A DNA stretch of 64,000 nt, from assembly GCF_037042905.1 (NCBI RefSeq), contig NC_087263.1:8000001-8064000 (forward strand), written 5' to 3'. Both the position numbers and the translations under genes were made by a program. The stretch's first letter is position 1, and each line of letters begins with the position of its first letter. The notes below the pieces were generated by a model. It ran no database searches, was not told the origin of the DNA, and worked only from the letters and a program-made list of their open reading frames with translations. This document shows, piece after piece, positions 25,901-35,878 of the stretch. Source of the stretch: Lytechinus pictus (lineage: Eukaryota).

Positions 25901-28900
25901 AAAACTTACCTCAAAATTTCCTAAATAGTGAAAAATAAGGCTTAACGTTACATGTAAATACTCCATAAAATGTGCCTGGAAATACATGTAGCATTTTGGC
26001 CCATCCCAGGCTTTACTGTGTGGGATATTGGCTAAAAATAGGCATTTTATAGTCTTTATGCTGACCTAGACTGTTTGAGCCTCTGCGCATGAGCCGTGGT
26101 GTGGAAACATGTTGACTTAGATAATCAACTTGGCTGCCAGAAAATGTGAAGATGTCGCTACATTTAACTAGATCTAGGTCTACATTGTTCACTCAAAATC
26201 TGAAATGAAAATTTGAGGCCAATTCACCTATCTTGGTGAATTTTGACTTTTTTGGCACATGTCTACAGCACAAATCTGGTGCCATTGCCTACCCTGAATT
26301 GGCAGTTGCAATGTCATGAATGTTCAGATGTTAAAGGGAATTCCCACTCACACATATTGCGAGGTTAGTATATATACTATACTAACCTCGCACTACCAAT
26401 GTGTTTACGTAATAGATTTTAGAGTTGTCGGTTAACATCACTTCATAACGCGAATGATGTTAGCCGAAACTCATTCCGCTACTCACCAGGGCTTTTTCTG
26501 GTGAAAAGCATTCCATTTTCAAAAGAGCAAAATCGCTTACCTCGGCCTGGAAAATGGCTTCGCATGTCTGTTCCACGGAAATAAAAAGAAGGTCGTTGGT
26601 GGCGCTAATACAATTCACAACCTTAATTTAGCTTGTCGGTATTTTAAAAACTATATTCTTGATTCATTGTATGCGCAATTGCAATGATTGTTTGATAAAA
26701 TAGAGACAGCAATAAATGCAATAACTTTAAAAAAGTACTTTTTATATTATTTTTGCTGACGATAATACTTTTTGGAAAATATTCAAAGCAATGACAAATT
26801 AACAAAAAAATATAGAAAATTCTACGTACATGTACCTTGAACGAAGCCCCGCAGGTGCTACCGTTTGTTTGTCAATTAACGTTCCACCAAAGTCTTTACA
26901 GTAAAAAGATTGGACACTTTGCCGACTTCGCGTAACGCTTTGCATCGATTTACGTGTAAGATAGTTTTTGTGCCTAGTCTTTCCCTTGTAGTGTCTTTGA
27001 TATGATGATAAATCGCACGCCCTCTTTAGGCCATTACTCACAGATGATCTTGTCGCCATATTTCCGTCTTTGTTCGTAGCCTAGTAATACTAATACTTGC
27101 ATTAGCCAATAAATATATTTTATAATATTCATTGGCAATGCAAGTATTTTACAATTCATGATATTTATCTGCCGATTGAAGTATTAAAAAAAAAAAATTA
27201 AATTGGCACTGCTCATAAAAGTCATATCTTCGCCCTCTCTTATACGCGTCTTAGTCTAGGACTTAGAGAGTTAGAGACTTAGGCTACGGAGAAAGACGGA
27301 AATATGGCGACAAGATCATCTGTGAGTATCTGCTCATCTTCTTATATGATTTTTCTTAATTTTGGTATTATTTTTCGTGTAAAAATAAGGTTATAATTGC
27401 CTAATGGGAGGAAATGAACTTCTTTTCCATTTACAAAATTGTGTGATCACTGAGTGAGTGATAAGTTAAGTTAAACATGTTAAATCAAGTATTTTTGGAG
27501 CAAAACATTGTTGTCTCCAAAATACTTGGTGCGTGTGGGCCTATGCTTTGCCGTACCTGGCTTCATGGGGAGTAAACCTACGTATAGTAGAAATCTTTTT
27601 ACTCCCCAGAAGCCTCCAGGCTAATCAGACTGAGAGTCAGAGACATCATTCATGATTAGCCGGGCCGGGCCGCGAATATTTTTTCCGTACATGGAAACGC
27701 TATGGTACATGAATTATTCATAAGTTGAGCTAAAAATCTGAAGTGCGCAGGCGCATGGACTTCCCTAAATAGTTCTATAGCATCAATTTGTACATGAACG
27801 AATGGACGAGCACACTCTTGTACATAAATGAATGGTCTCCATCTCCCCGCTTTCTGAAGTTTCGATTTCTCTCTTCCCCTCTCTCTTGCAATCTCTCTTC
27901 CTTCCTCTCTCTTAGCACACTCTCTGCGTTATGAATCATGAATGACTTGACTCGCATAATGTTCTCGCAACCCCCTCCCATCTAAATCTCTGTTCCTTAC
28001 TGAACATGTCAGCCAAGTTCTCCCTCTCTGTTGCTCTCTCTCTCTCCCCTCTCTCTATTGATTTGGCCTATAACTTTTAGAAATACATTGATGCCTATCA
28101 GTGGCGTACCTAGGATTTTCCACAGGGGGGGGGGGGGGGCAAAACTGTCTGCCAAAAAAATTGACAAGCAAAAAAAAAAAAAAAGGTCTTCAATCACAAA
28201 TGAAGGATTTCGTGCCAGAAAAAAATTTGACAAGCAAAAAAAAAGGGGGGGGGGGGCAAAAAATGTATTTCAAGCTCGTCAGGGGGGGGCAGGGATACGT
28301 CCTTTGCATGGGTTGTGGCTCGTCAGGGGGGGGCAGACTGCCCCCTCTGCCCCCCCCCCCCTTGGTTAAAATCTGTCCAAATTGGGTAATAAATTTGTTC
28401 AGTTGGATATAATAATTGCCCAGAATATATATTTTATTACCCAACACAGTGAACAGTATATGCTGCTCAACATTTCAAGTGTGTATGGTGAGAGAGGAAA
28501 GACAAAACATGAGTTAGACAGGAGAGACCAAATTGCTATAGGGCGTTATCTCAGAACCTATCAGTTAATGAAACTTGATAATATGTCTTATTTCGTCTAT
28601 GCCGGTAGAAATTATGTTATTTGTTGGACCAAAATAAGAAAAAAAAAATCAGAATTTAATCATTTATTTTTATTTTTGAAAATATCTTTATACAGGATAA
28701 CAAGCTCAAAATAATTGTTTTTCAGCATGGACCTGTTAACATGAAATTACAATATATACATATTTTGTATGAATTATTGCAAAACCATCTATTGCACAAA
28801 TTGAATGCTTAAGATATTGCATACAAACATTTTGGAGCTATTTGCCAGATAGAATTCATGAAGATATAATCCTAAAAAAATGGCAAGGCTTGCAATCATC

Positions 28901-31900
28901 ATCTGACCATATCGATATTAAAAATGATGAAAAGTGTAAAGTTACTTTTTGTCAAAGACCGAGTGAGGAATTAAAGGATTCTGAATAGTTACCCCCAAAA
29001 TGATAATGAACTTGCGACTTTTTATGATTAAAAATATATTGGACATTATTATATTGCGTAACATGAAAAAGGTCCATCATAATAGACCCAATTTAGAGCC
29101 GATATGGATTGTTTTTTTTTTTTTTTTTTTTTTTTTTTTGGGGGGGGGTGTTTCTTAAAGTTAATTTTGTTTTAGTTTTATTAAAGTAGGCTTACTAAGT
29201 GTATTAAAAATGATGAAAAGTGTAAAGTTACTTTTTGTCAAAGACCGAGTGAGGAATTAAAGGATTCTGAATAGTTACCCCCAAAATGATAATGAACTTG
29301 CGACTTTTTATGATTAAAAATATATTGGACATTATTATATTGCGTAACATGAAAAAGGTCCATCATAATAGACCCAATTGAGAGCCGATATGGATTGTTT
29401 TTTTTTTTTTTTTTTTTTTTTTTTGGGGGGGGTGTTTCTTAAAGTTTATTTTGTTTTAGTTTTATTAAAGTAGGCTTACTAGGTGTATCCTTTAGAAAGG
29501 GAAGGCTATATCTGTCCCTGTTGTTAAACTTTTTTGATTTTGGTTTAGCTCTTGGATATAACCAACCACTTTATCAGTAAAACAACAATCAGTGGCGGCA
29601 CCAAGTGGGGGGGGGGGGCATTTGCCCCCAGTCAAGATCATTGCCCCCACATAAAATTTTGAAAACTGAAGAAAGAAATGAAGTAAATGCTATCATAAAC
29701 ATCCTACTCAAGCTATAAAGTGCTCCAAGGCAACATTTGTTTACTCTTCAAATAATGAAATTTTGTCATCATGCCACTGTTAGCTCCCAATAAATTTTTC
29801 AGGTCATTATATAAAATTCAAAATTTTGTCGCGCTTCGCGCTCGCAGTGGCTGTTGATTGAGATGAATAAATGCGCTCAATAGGATAACATGGGACTTTA
29901 AAATCAAGTTTTCAAGTCAATTTGCACAAATTCTTCTTCTAGAGATTCAAGTTTTCATTATTTGTTTAAGCAAGATATACGCATCCTGCATGCATGTTCA
30001 TATATTAAAAACAAATTGCTGAATGTCAAACTTTTTCATCTACGCGCTCGCATCCATTGTTTAGTGAGATACCCATCCTGTTCATCATTTTACAAAAAAA
30101 GTGCTTAAATAACGTTAAGTTATCACATCAGGATGGGGTTTTTTTTAGCTAGCGCTTTACACTCGCATTATATATTGGAGAGATATCATCTTTACAGTTC
30201 TTAACAGGTCCATTTCCCAGTCAGTAGCGCCTATATTAGAAATGTTAGCTCGTGCTTCGCCCTCGCGATTTTGTGAAATAGGCAAAAAAAAAATCATGTC
30301 CGCCTTTGCCCCCCCCCCCCTCCCCCATTTGAAAATCCTGGTGCCTCTACTGGGAACAATAATTTCTTCAATTAGTCAGCAGATAGTCAGTAGGGGGCCT
30401 ACATGTGAAACCACCCCCCCTCCCACATGCCCCCAAGAATGAAAATACATCCCTACATTACAATACAATTTTATTAGTAGTGCACCATTATTTTAATTTT
30501 TTGGCTATCATCCTTATTCTTCTTCTTAATTGTTATCATTATTATTAATATTGTTATTATTATTAATGTTATTATTATTAGTAGTAGTAGTATCATTATA
30601 TTATTATTATTATTATCATTATAATCATCAAGTCCTGTTTATCCAGGGTATATAGCCTGCAGACTGTTCACTCAGAGGGCCCTGTTACATGTCCACAAAT
30701 ACAAAAAGCAAAGGACAACAAAAAATGGAACGATGCAAAAAAGAAAATAGGCCTATAAAAACATATTGTAAGTTTTCAAAAAGACAAAATAAAAATCACG
30801 AAGACAACTTATAATTTTCATTAAAAAGACCAAATCTCATGGTAGCACTTGGAGCTAGGGTTGACAAATTATTAAACTATACGTCTTGTAAAAGCAAAAT
30901 GAATGAAAAGAGCTTCATACATGGAAGATTACACGACTTAAACTGCATGCAAGTATAGCGTATAATATTATGCGAATTGTTTTGGTTTAGATTTGCACAA
31001 GAAACTTTTTATTGAATATGAAAAAAAAAATCGAACAACGTGATTGTGTAAACCAATTTAGCGATGGAAAATGATACTCAGAGTGCATGAGAAAGTTGCC
31101 TTTGAGACCCGTGGTTTTCTTGACAGCTGAGGAAAACTTCAGCTGTGCGAATATTTAGCTGTTATATCAATTAGTAAAGACTAGAGTATATCGACAAATT
31201 TGAGCGGGGAGCGAGGGTGGGTGGAGGGAAAATGCGAGATGGGATAGAAGGGGAGAGATTTATTGCAAGAGGGAAATTGAGAGAAACAGATAGGAGTGCA
31301 AGAAGGGGGGGGGGGGGAGTGAAACTAGAGGGAGGAGGGGGTGGCAAGGACATTATGCGAGTCCAATCATCAGTCATGGTTCATAAAGAAACAGAGATGG
31401 AGAGAGGTGATTTCATGCAAGGGGGGAACGCAAAGAAAAAAAGAACTTGGCTAGAGATATAAGGAACAGAAATTTAGATGGAGGGGATGGCGAGGACATT
31501 CAGTGCGAGAGAGAGGAAGGGAGAGAGATTGCAAGAGAGAGGGGAAGAGAGAAATCGAAACTTCAGAAACAGGGGATTGGAATGGAGACCATTCATTTAT
31601 GTACAAGAGTGTGCTCGTCCATTCGTTCATGTACAAATTGATGAAGCTATAGAACTATTTAGGGAAGTCCATGCGCCTGCGCACTTCAGATTTTTAGCTC
31701 AACTTATGAGTAATTCATGTACCATAGCGTTTCCATGTACGGAAAAAATATTCGCGGCCGGGCCGCGAATATTTTTTCCGTACATGGGAACGCTATTGCC
31801 GATGACCCTTTCTCAAGTTTCGATTTCTCTCTTCCCTTCTCTCTTGCAATCTCCCTTCCCCTCTCTGTCTGTAATAGCTCGCCTCTATGCTCTGTCTTAC

Positions 31901-34002
31901 TTAGCACACGCCCTAGCTCTGTTTCTTTATGAATCATGAATGAATTGACTCGCCGTAATGTCCTTGTCACATCTGCAAATATCAGTGTTTCCCAGAGGGG
32001 GGGGGGGGACCAAAGAGAAAAGGAACTAAATTGGCCATCATAGAGAAAGAAACACTGATATTCGCAGATGGGGGTGACGAGGACATTACGGCGAGTCAAT
32101 TCATTCATGATTCATAAAGAAACAGAGCTAGAGGCAGAGCATGTGCTAAGACATATGGAAGCAGGAGACCGTCAAAAACACGAATATACTTCGTGTCGTA
32201 ATTCAATTTACTACACGACGTAAATAATACGTACTGTCAGTAGGGTGTCTGAAGCCACACTGGAAAGTGTCAGCATAAAACAGGATGATTTAGGGGAAAA
32301 TATGGCACATTTTTTCGGGAAGTTCAGGCTACTAGAAAAATGTGATCTGAATTATTATCTTGTGTTTGGCATGTATGGACAGAGAAAATTCAGGGGCTTC
32401 TTTTGACAGTAAGGACAAGTCTATATGATCATTTTAAATAAGGATTTAGAGATAAATTGCAAACCCTTATTTTTGTGTGTGTTGAGATTGCCATTTCCCC
32501 ATGCGTTTTCTATGGGAAAATGAAATTTCTGTTTTGCACAATTTTTTTTACTTTGTCGCAATTTTTCATTGTGATCTGGTTTCCAAATCTTTATAAAAAT
32601 CATACCATCAGAAAGAGCATTAAAAAATCCTATTGGACTCTTTATGGACAAGTTTTTGGCATTAATAATAAATGTATTAACAGCTCTCGGAAGCTAAAAA
32701 TTTGGATTTGTGTGTGTCCATTTCTTAACTACACAGTCTATGGCAGAGAAATGCTGAAAATTGACCTAATTTCATTCTTCTTTTTTGCAGCCAATAATTG
32801 GATTTTTTTCAAAAATGTTACATTTCTGTCAGTCTGAAGGTCATTTCTCTTCAAATTCACAAAGAAAATGTGATATTTTCTTGAAATAAGAAAAATAATT
32901 TTTTTCTCCAGACACCCTACTGTCAGTAGAGGCGCACGGTCAATATGGGAGACTCTCTCCAATAGGGGAGACAATCTCCCACATTGGAGACTTGCTTTGC
33001 GAAAGGACAAACGAAACAACACCAACAAAAGCATGATTTTTTCCACCCAAAATTTTGTCTCACTGAGGTCAGAAGCCCATTTGTTTTGTGTGTGATTGAC
33101 AACAAAAATCCTTATCAAAACAAAAGTAGACGGTGAATTTTTAAAGTAGACGGTGAAAAGGGGTAATTTTTCATGAGGAATCTCCTTATCACATTTTTAT
33201 TTGCCGCCAAGGTAATCCTTTTGCAGCAAATGTAAACAAAGGAAATTGGTCTCCAAAACTGGAGACTGTCTCTGAAATTGGATACCCAAATTCTTTACAA
33301 AAGTCTCTGATATTGGAGATAATCTCCCACATTGGAGAATGGAGACAGTCTCCAATATTGGCCGTGCGCCTCTACTGACTGTCAGACTGTAGTAATTCAA
33401 ATTACTACACTACGTATTATTTACGTCGTGTAGTAAATTGATTTACGACACGACGTATATCCGTATTTTTGACGGTCTCCTGCTTCCATAAAGACAGGGC
33501 ATACTTAGATAGTCATAGAGGCGAGCAATTACACAGACAGAGTCAGAGAGGGGAAGGGAGATTGCAAGAGAGAAGGGAAGAGAGAAATCGAAACTTGAGA
33601 AAGGGTCATCGGCAGTGCTCGTCCATTCGTTCATGTACAAATTGATGAAGCTAGAGAACTATCGCGAAGTCCATGCGTCTGCGCACTTCAGTTTGTTAGC
33701 TCAACTTATGAATAATTCATGCTCCATAGCGTTCCCATTGTAGGCCTAGGGCTAGGCCTACGGAAAAAATATTCGCGGCCGGGCCGGATTTTACACAACA
33801 CAAAATCTTCCCCGCGGGACTACGGTAGAACGTACGCCCAGCTGTTCAACAAGTGTCCGTCAACAACTGCAGGAAAAGAATCCACCTTATTCAATCTAAT
33901 TTTTCAACGAGCACAATCATCTAGCCCATCTCACCTTGCGCCTGGTTCCTCTCCTCGCAATACAACCGTCTCTTCCCCGACTGAAGTCGCTGCAGTAGCC
34001 AT
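4152..34002 (-). CDS. MON1: Vacuolar fusion protein MON1 homolog (Mon1-Ccz1 Rab7 GEF subunit), 13 coding exons, 1719 nt / 572 aa
   Basis: Hand-spliced exons: 34002-33935, 25224-25029, 24348-24126, 23568-23490, 22785-22699, 22015-21922, 20578-20464, 18956-18735, 15293-15082, 13036-12858, 11422-11320, 6807-6712, 4196-4152. All GT-AG with matching phases and no internal stop. Recognisable MON1 motifs: KHVFVFSDAGKPIYSRYG, NYDLRKLLGGTE, WLPICLPKFDSSGFLHAHISYL, LRHFLYK, NKLLKWIKKEETRLFI. Confidence 0.95.
4270..4687. mobile_element. Foldback MITE with ~200-bp inverted arms (Harbinger-like GGCCC termini)
   Basis: ggcccgaattca...tgaattcgggcc; arms pair imperfectly through most of their length. Confidence 0.8.
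4815..4975 (+). mobile_element. 5'-truncated SINE fragment
   Basis: Shares core tgcactcaacccaggtgaggtaaatgg with the SINE at 6246. Confidence 0.6.
5059..5635. mobile_element. TTAA-target MITE (Kolobok-like AG...CT termini); family copies at 40550-41136 and 54544-55075
   Basis: ttaa|aggtcaagtccacccc ... ggggtggacttgtcct|tcaa. Confidence 0.75.
5878..6148. mobile_element. Harbinger-like MITE
   Basis: Imperfect TIRs ggagcccgttttaca / tgttagacggggccc with internal gattcgatcaatc / gattgatcagatc. Confidence 0.55.
6246..6531 (+). mobile_element. tRNA-derived SINE
   Basis: A-box-like tggcccagagg, B box gggttcaaatccc, central core, (tat)n tail. Confidence 0.8.
6712..6807 (-). CDS. MON1: MON1 exon 12
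   Basis: atatccag / gtattt; VTGGFELFAIFGPLTTKQAAIFAVNKLLKWIK. Confidence 0.95.
6942..10453. mobile_element. Possible large degenerate piggyBac-like element with nested insertions
   Basis: TTAA on both sides, weak TIR similarity (cgctttaagagcca / tggcacagtaagag), internal palindrome ggcacgtatacgtgcc; no intact transposase seen. Confidence 0.3.
7924..8502. mobile_element. TTAA-target MITE (Kolobok-like)
   Basis: ttaa|agggat ... atccct|ttaa; internal inverted arms atgaatattcattaggtgggctgatgatgtcacatc. Confidence 0.75.
11320..11422 (-). CDS. MON1: MON1 exon 11
   Basis: ttttgtag / gtgagt; LLSLYQYTHQRIHSPARPLKIMFTVGSKEAVLGW. Confidence 0.95.
11498..12262. mobile_element. piggyBac-like MITE
   Basis: ttaa|ccctaaatctcccgggg ... 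ccccgggagaattaggg|ttaa; subterminal palindromes ggggccattatggcccc. Confidence 0.85.
12858..13036 (-). CDS. MON1: MON1 exon 10
   Basis: catttacag / gtatga; RLQKNNCIAAIQ...LRHFLYKVRSTAQYAAPELDAPY. Confidence 0.95.
13737..13980. repeat. Compound trinucleotide microsatellite (CAC)n-(TAC)n
   Basis: Directly visible. Confidence 0.98.
14015..14948. mobile_element. Non-autonomous DNA transposon, TTAA TSD (Kolobok-like GG...CC termini)
   Basis: Perfect 16-bp TIR ggacgttccacagtta / taactgtggaacgtcc flanked by TTAA on both sides. Confidence 0.85.
15082..15293 (-). CDS. MON1: MON1 exon 9
   Basis: tactttag / gtaagt; DLHLILNLL...WLPICLPKFDSSGFLHAHISYL...KDKILE. Confidence 0.95.
17502..18494. mobile_element. 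Helentron/HINE (DINE-1-like) non-autonomous element with central ~154-bp tandem repeats
   Basis: Subterminal IR tgtctcgcctgc (17524) / gcaggcgagaca (18479), terminal hairpin, A-rich flanks, about 5.5 tandem units at 17585-18420. Confidence 0.7.
18735..18956 (-). CDS. MON1: MON1 exon 8
   Basis: tttatatcag / gttagt; TEIFLDNL...AIRCLPL...DLVFAILIADNQLVTLVRMKKYILHPA. Confidence 0.95.
20464..20578 (-). CDS. MON1: MON1 exon 7
   Basis: ctcttcacag / gtaagg; LLMQLTYVYNHIISVLT...NYDLRKLLG. Confidence 0.95.
20579..20910. repeat. 108-bp tandem repeat x3 including the MON1 exon 7 acceptor
   Basis: Units start at 20579, 20687 and 20795, with a partial fourth at 20902. Confidence 0.9.
21922..22015 (-). 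CDS. MON1: MON1 exon 6
   Basis: ttttttcag / gtagga; SFRAGNHLYVFLLRQPLILVAVSKTNESQQQ. Confidence 0.95.
22250..22685. repeat. Degenerate short-period repeat (ggtctttca/ggtcttcca)
   Basis: Recurrent tggtct(t/c) motif. Confidence 0.6.
22699..22785 (-). CDS. MON1: MON1 exon 5
   Basis: ttttttag / gtatgt; YGKEDKLNPLMGVMLTLVSFVQLEKDTL. Confidence 0.95.
23490..23568 (-). CDS. MON1: MON1 exon 4
   Basis: ttttcccag / gtaagt; ICTTEWRQQKKHVFVFSDAGKPIYS (start of first longin domain). Confidence 0.95.
24126..24348 (-). CDS. MON1: MON1 exon 3 (acidic N-terminal region)
   Basis: tttccatag acceptor, G|gtaagt donor; PGDCADGVDRVNELIAEV...TERGQVVE; phase 0 to 1. Confidence 0.85.
25029..25224 (-). CDS. MON1: MON1 exon 2
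   Basis: ttttgcag acceptor, CCA|gtaagt donor; QHSMLVAGDSYEELDYDL...EVFDEVP. Confidence 0.85.
27037..27326. mobile_element. TA-flanked MITE with ~47-bp TIRs (Tc1/mariner-like)
   Basis: ta|ctcacagatgatcttgtcgccatatttccgtcttt ... aaagacggaaatatggcgacaagatcatctgtgag|ta. Confidence 0.75.
28916..29485. repeat. 286-bp tandem duplication
   Basis: 28916-29201 is nearly identical to 29202-29485. Confidence 0.9.
29590..30352. mobile_element. hAT-like non-autonomous element (CAGT...ACTG)
   Basis: cagtggcggcacca / tggtgcctctactg TIR with poly-G/poly-C subtermini; flanks share aacaat. Confidence 0.55.
32238..32922. mobile_element. Nested TIR element A
   Basis: Perfect 14-bp TIR cagtagggtgtctg / cagacaccctactg. 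Confidence 0.7.
32924..33377. mobile_element. Nested TIR element B
   Basis: Perfect 16-bp TIR cagtagaggcgcacgg / ccgtgcgcctctactg; subterminal tctccaa/ttggaga repeats. Confidence 0.75.
33935..34002 (-). CDS. MON1: MON1 exon 1 (MATAATSVGEETVVLRGEEPGA)
   Basis: ATG at 34002, AG|gtgaga donor. Phase 2 joins exon 2 to give EPGASQHSMLVAGDSYEEL, which resembles the EPGAGQEGAMFVHARSYEDL segment of vertebrate MON1A (from memory). Confidence 0.85.
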
Positions 34003-34821
34003 ACTTTTCTTCCAACTTTGGTTATCATAACCGAAACAGCTCAATTGCACTCAAATTTCATGAAGTTAACGACCATTTTCGATATACAATACAGTATGGT
34101 ATAGGTAGTGCCCACAAGGCAAATAAACCTGCAAAATCAAGGGCCATAAACTGGCATAAACTGCTTGCTTGGATTTTCTCTAACCATGCTAACCAACATT
34201 CGATGGCGTATTAGGCGGGGGGGGGGGGTAGGATCAGTCTGCCCCCCCCCCCTGGCGGAGGTCACCGGGGGAAACGGAAAAGTGGAGAAGAAAGAAAGAA
34301 ATAAAAAAGGAAGGAAGGAATGAAAGAAAGAAAGCAAAAAGAAAGGGACTCAAAGAAAGAAGAAGGAATGAAAAAAAAAGAGGACAAATAAAATATGGAA
34401 AGCAAATAAAGGAGAAGAAAATGGGAAGAAATGAGATAGTGGGAAGCCTGAAAAGGCAAACGGACGGAAAGATGAAAAAGGAATAAAAGAAAAACACATG
34501 AGAAAAAATAAATCAAACCGAAATACTAATAGATGAGTAAAAAAGAGTGGGAAATAAATTTAGAGATGATAAAATGGAACTGTGGAATTTATGGCGAGAA
34601 ATGGAAAGAAAAGAGGCAAGAAAAAATGTAAATGAGGTGGAATGGAATGAAGTAAAATGATAGGGGAAAAGCTTAAGAAAAAGTCCCCCCGCCCCGCAAA
34701 AAAAGGAAGTTCAGGCAGTAGAAGCTGCTGTTTTAGGACCTTTATTCTGTAGTGAACTTTTTTGTACAGCATGACAGTGGATTTCGCCTCTTTGTCACTT
34801 TGATCTCCTAGACTAGTAGGA

Positions 34822-35450
34822 TCACTGATTTGCAGAATGATTTTTTTTTTTTTTGGGGGGGGGGGTAGAAACAATTTAGTTCTTGATGAACCTAACTCTA
34901 GATGTAGATTAGCCGGAATTGTAACTTGCGAGAAAACTTGAAGCATCTTATTTATACTCTAAAAGTCTCTATCATAGACTCTATGATTTTTTTTTTTTTA
35001 ATTAATATTTTTGAGAAAAGTGTATGTCATAGATTCAACCATGTATAGTTCCGTGCAATCTGGGCAGGCTTTTTCCGCCCTTTCACGTTTGACAGAAATT
35101 TCACAATTTGGCCTTGGGAGAGGGGATCTTGAGTCAATGGGAGTGCATCTTCCTTCGGGATATATCTTCATCCGTCTGGGCATCTTCCCAAGTCATGGAG
35201 TCAGTGTCGGTAGATGATTCTCCCACTGAGGAAGATGGGGTCACTGATTTGCAGAAGGATTTTTTTTTTTTTTTTTTGGGGGGGGGGTAGAAACAATTAA
35301 GTTCTTGATGAACCTAACTCTAGATGTAGATTAGCCGGAATTGTAACTTGCGATAAAACTTGATGCATCTTATTTATACTCTAAAAGTCTCGATTATAGA
35401 CTATGATTGTTTTTTTTTTTCATTTTTGAGAAAAGTGTATGTCATAGATT
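34822..35450. repeat. ~215-bp direct duplication (34822-35035 / 35241-35450)
   Basis: tcactgatttgcagaa...gtcatagatt present twice. Confidence 0.85.
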
Positions 35451-35721
35451 CCACATTCCTATTGCAGGAAGTTGTAAACTTTAAACGCTTCATACCTCAA
35501 AAAACGTCACATGTAGGCCTACTACTCTTGATGCCTTAAGTGACCTGTTCTATTACAGAGTCAGAGAGAAAGAATGAAATAAATAAATGAAAAGCCGAAA
35601 TATATAGAATTGAAAGAGAAACAATATCAGGTCTTTTTTTTATACAAAATCCTGAACAAGTGATGATGGCACAATGTTGAAAACTTATTTGATGGAGATT
35701 TGCTGATTGAACCAACTATGA

Positions 35722-35878
35722 CAGGGGACGCGGAACGGTTTTCAAAGTGGGGGGGGGGGGGGGGCTGACCATGCTAAAAACCACAATCATATGGTCATTT
35801 TTACGTTTTTGTACAAGGTTTTGGAAAAAAGTGGGGGGGGGGCTGAAGCCCCCCCCCCCCCCGGTTCCGCGGCCCCTG
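35722..35878. mobile_element. hAT-like MITE
   Basis: caggggacgcggaac / gttccgcggcccctg TIR. Confidence 0.7.

Larger units (their letters stand above)
27672..31755. mobile_element. Long-TIR foldback (Mutator/MULE-like) element 1 with nested MITEs
   Basis: About 300-bp inverted arms beginning gcgaatattttttccgtac; flanked by 9-bp ggccgggcc. Confidence 0.7.
31765..33776. mobile_element. Long-TIR foldback (Mutator/MULE-like) element 2
   Basis: Same termini as element 1, flanked by ggccgggcc; internal inverted pairs 31795-31890/33515-33614, 31915-31990/32045-32130, 32155-32232/33411-33489. Confidence 0.7.

Noticed and set aside
26228..26284. Alternative MON1 start exon MAPDLCCRHVPKKSKFTKI
   Set aside because: Ends in phase 1 while exon 2 needs phase 2; the 34002 exon fits both phase and homology.
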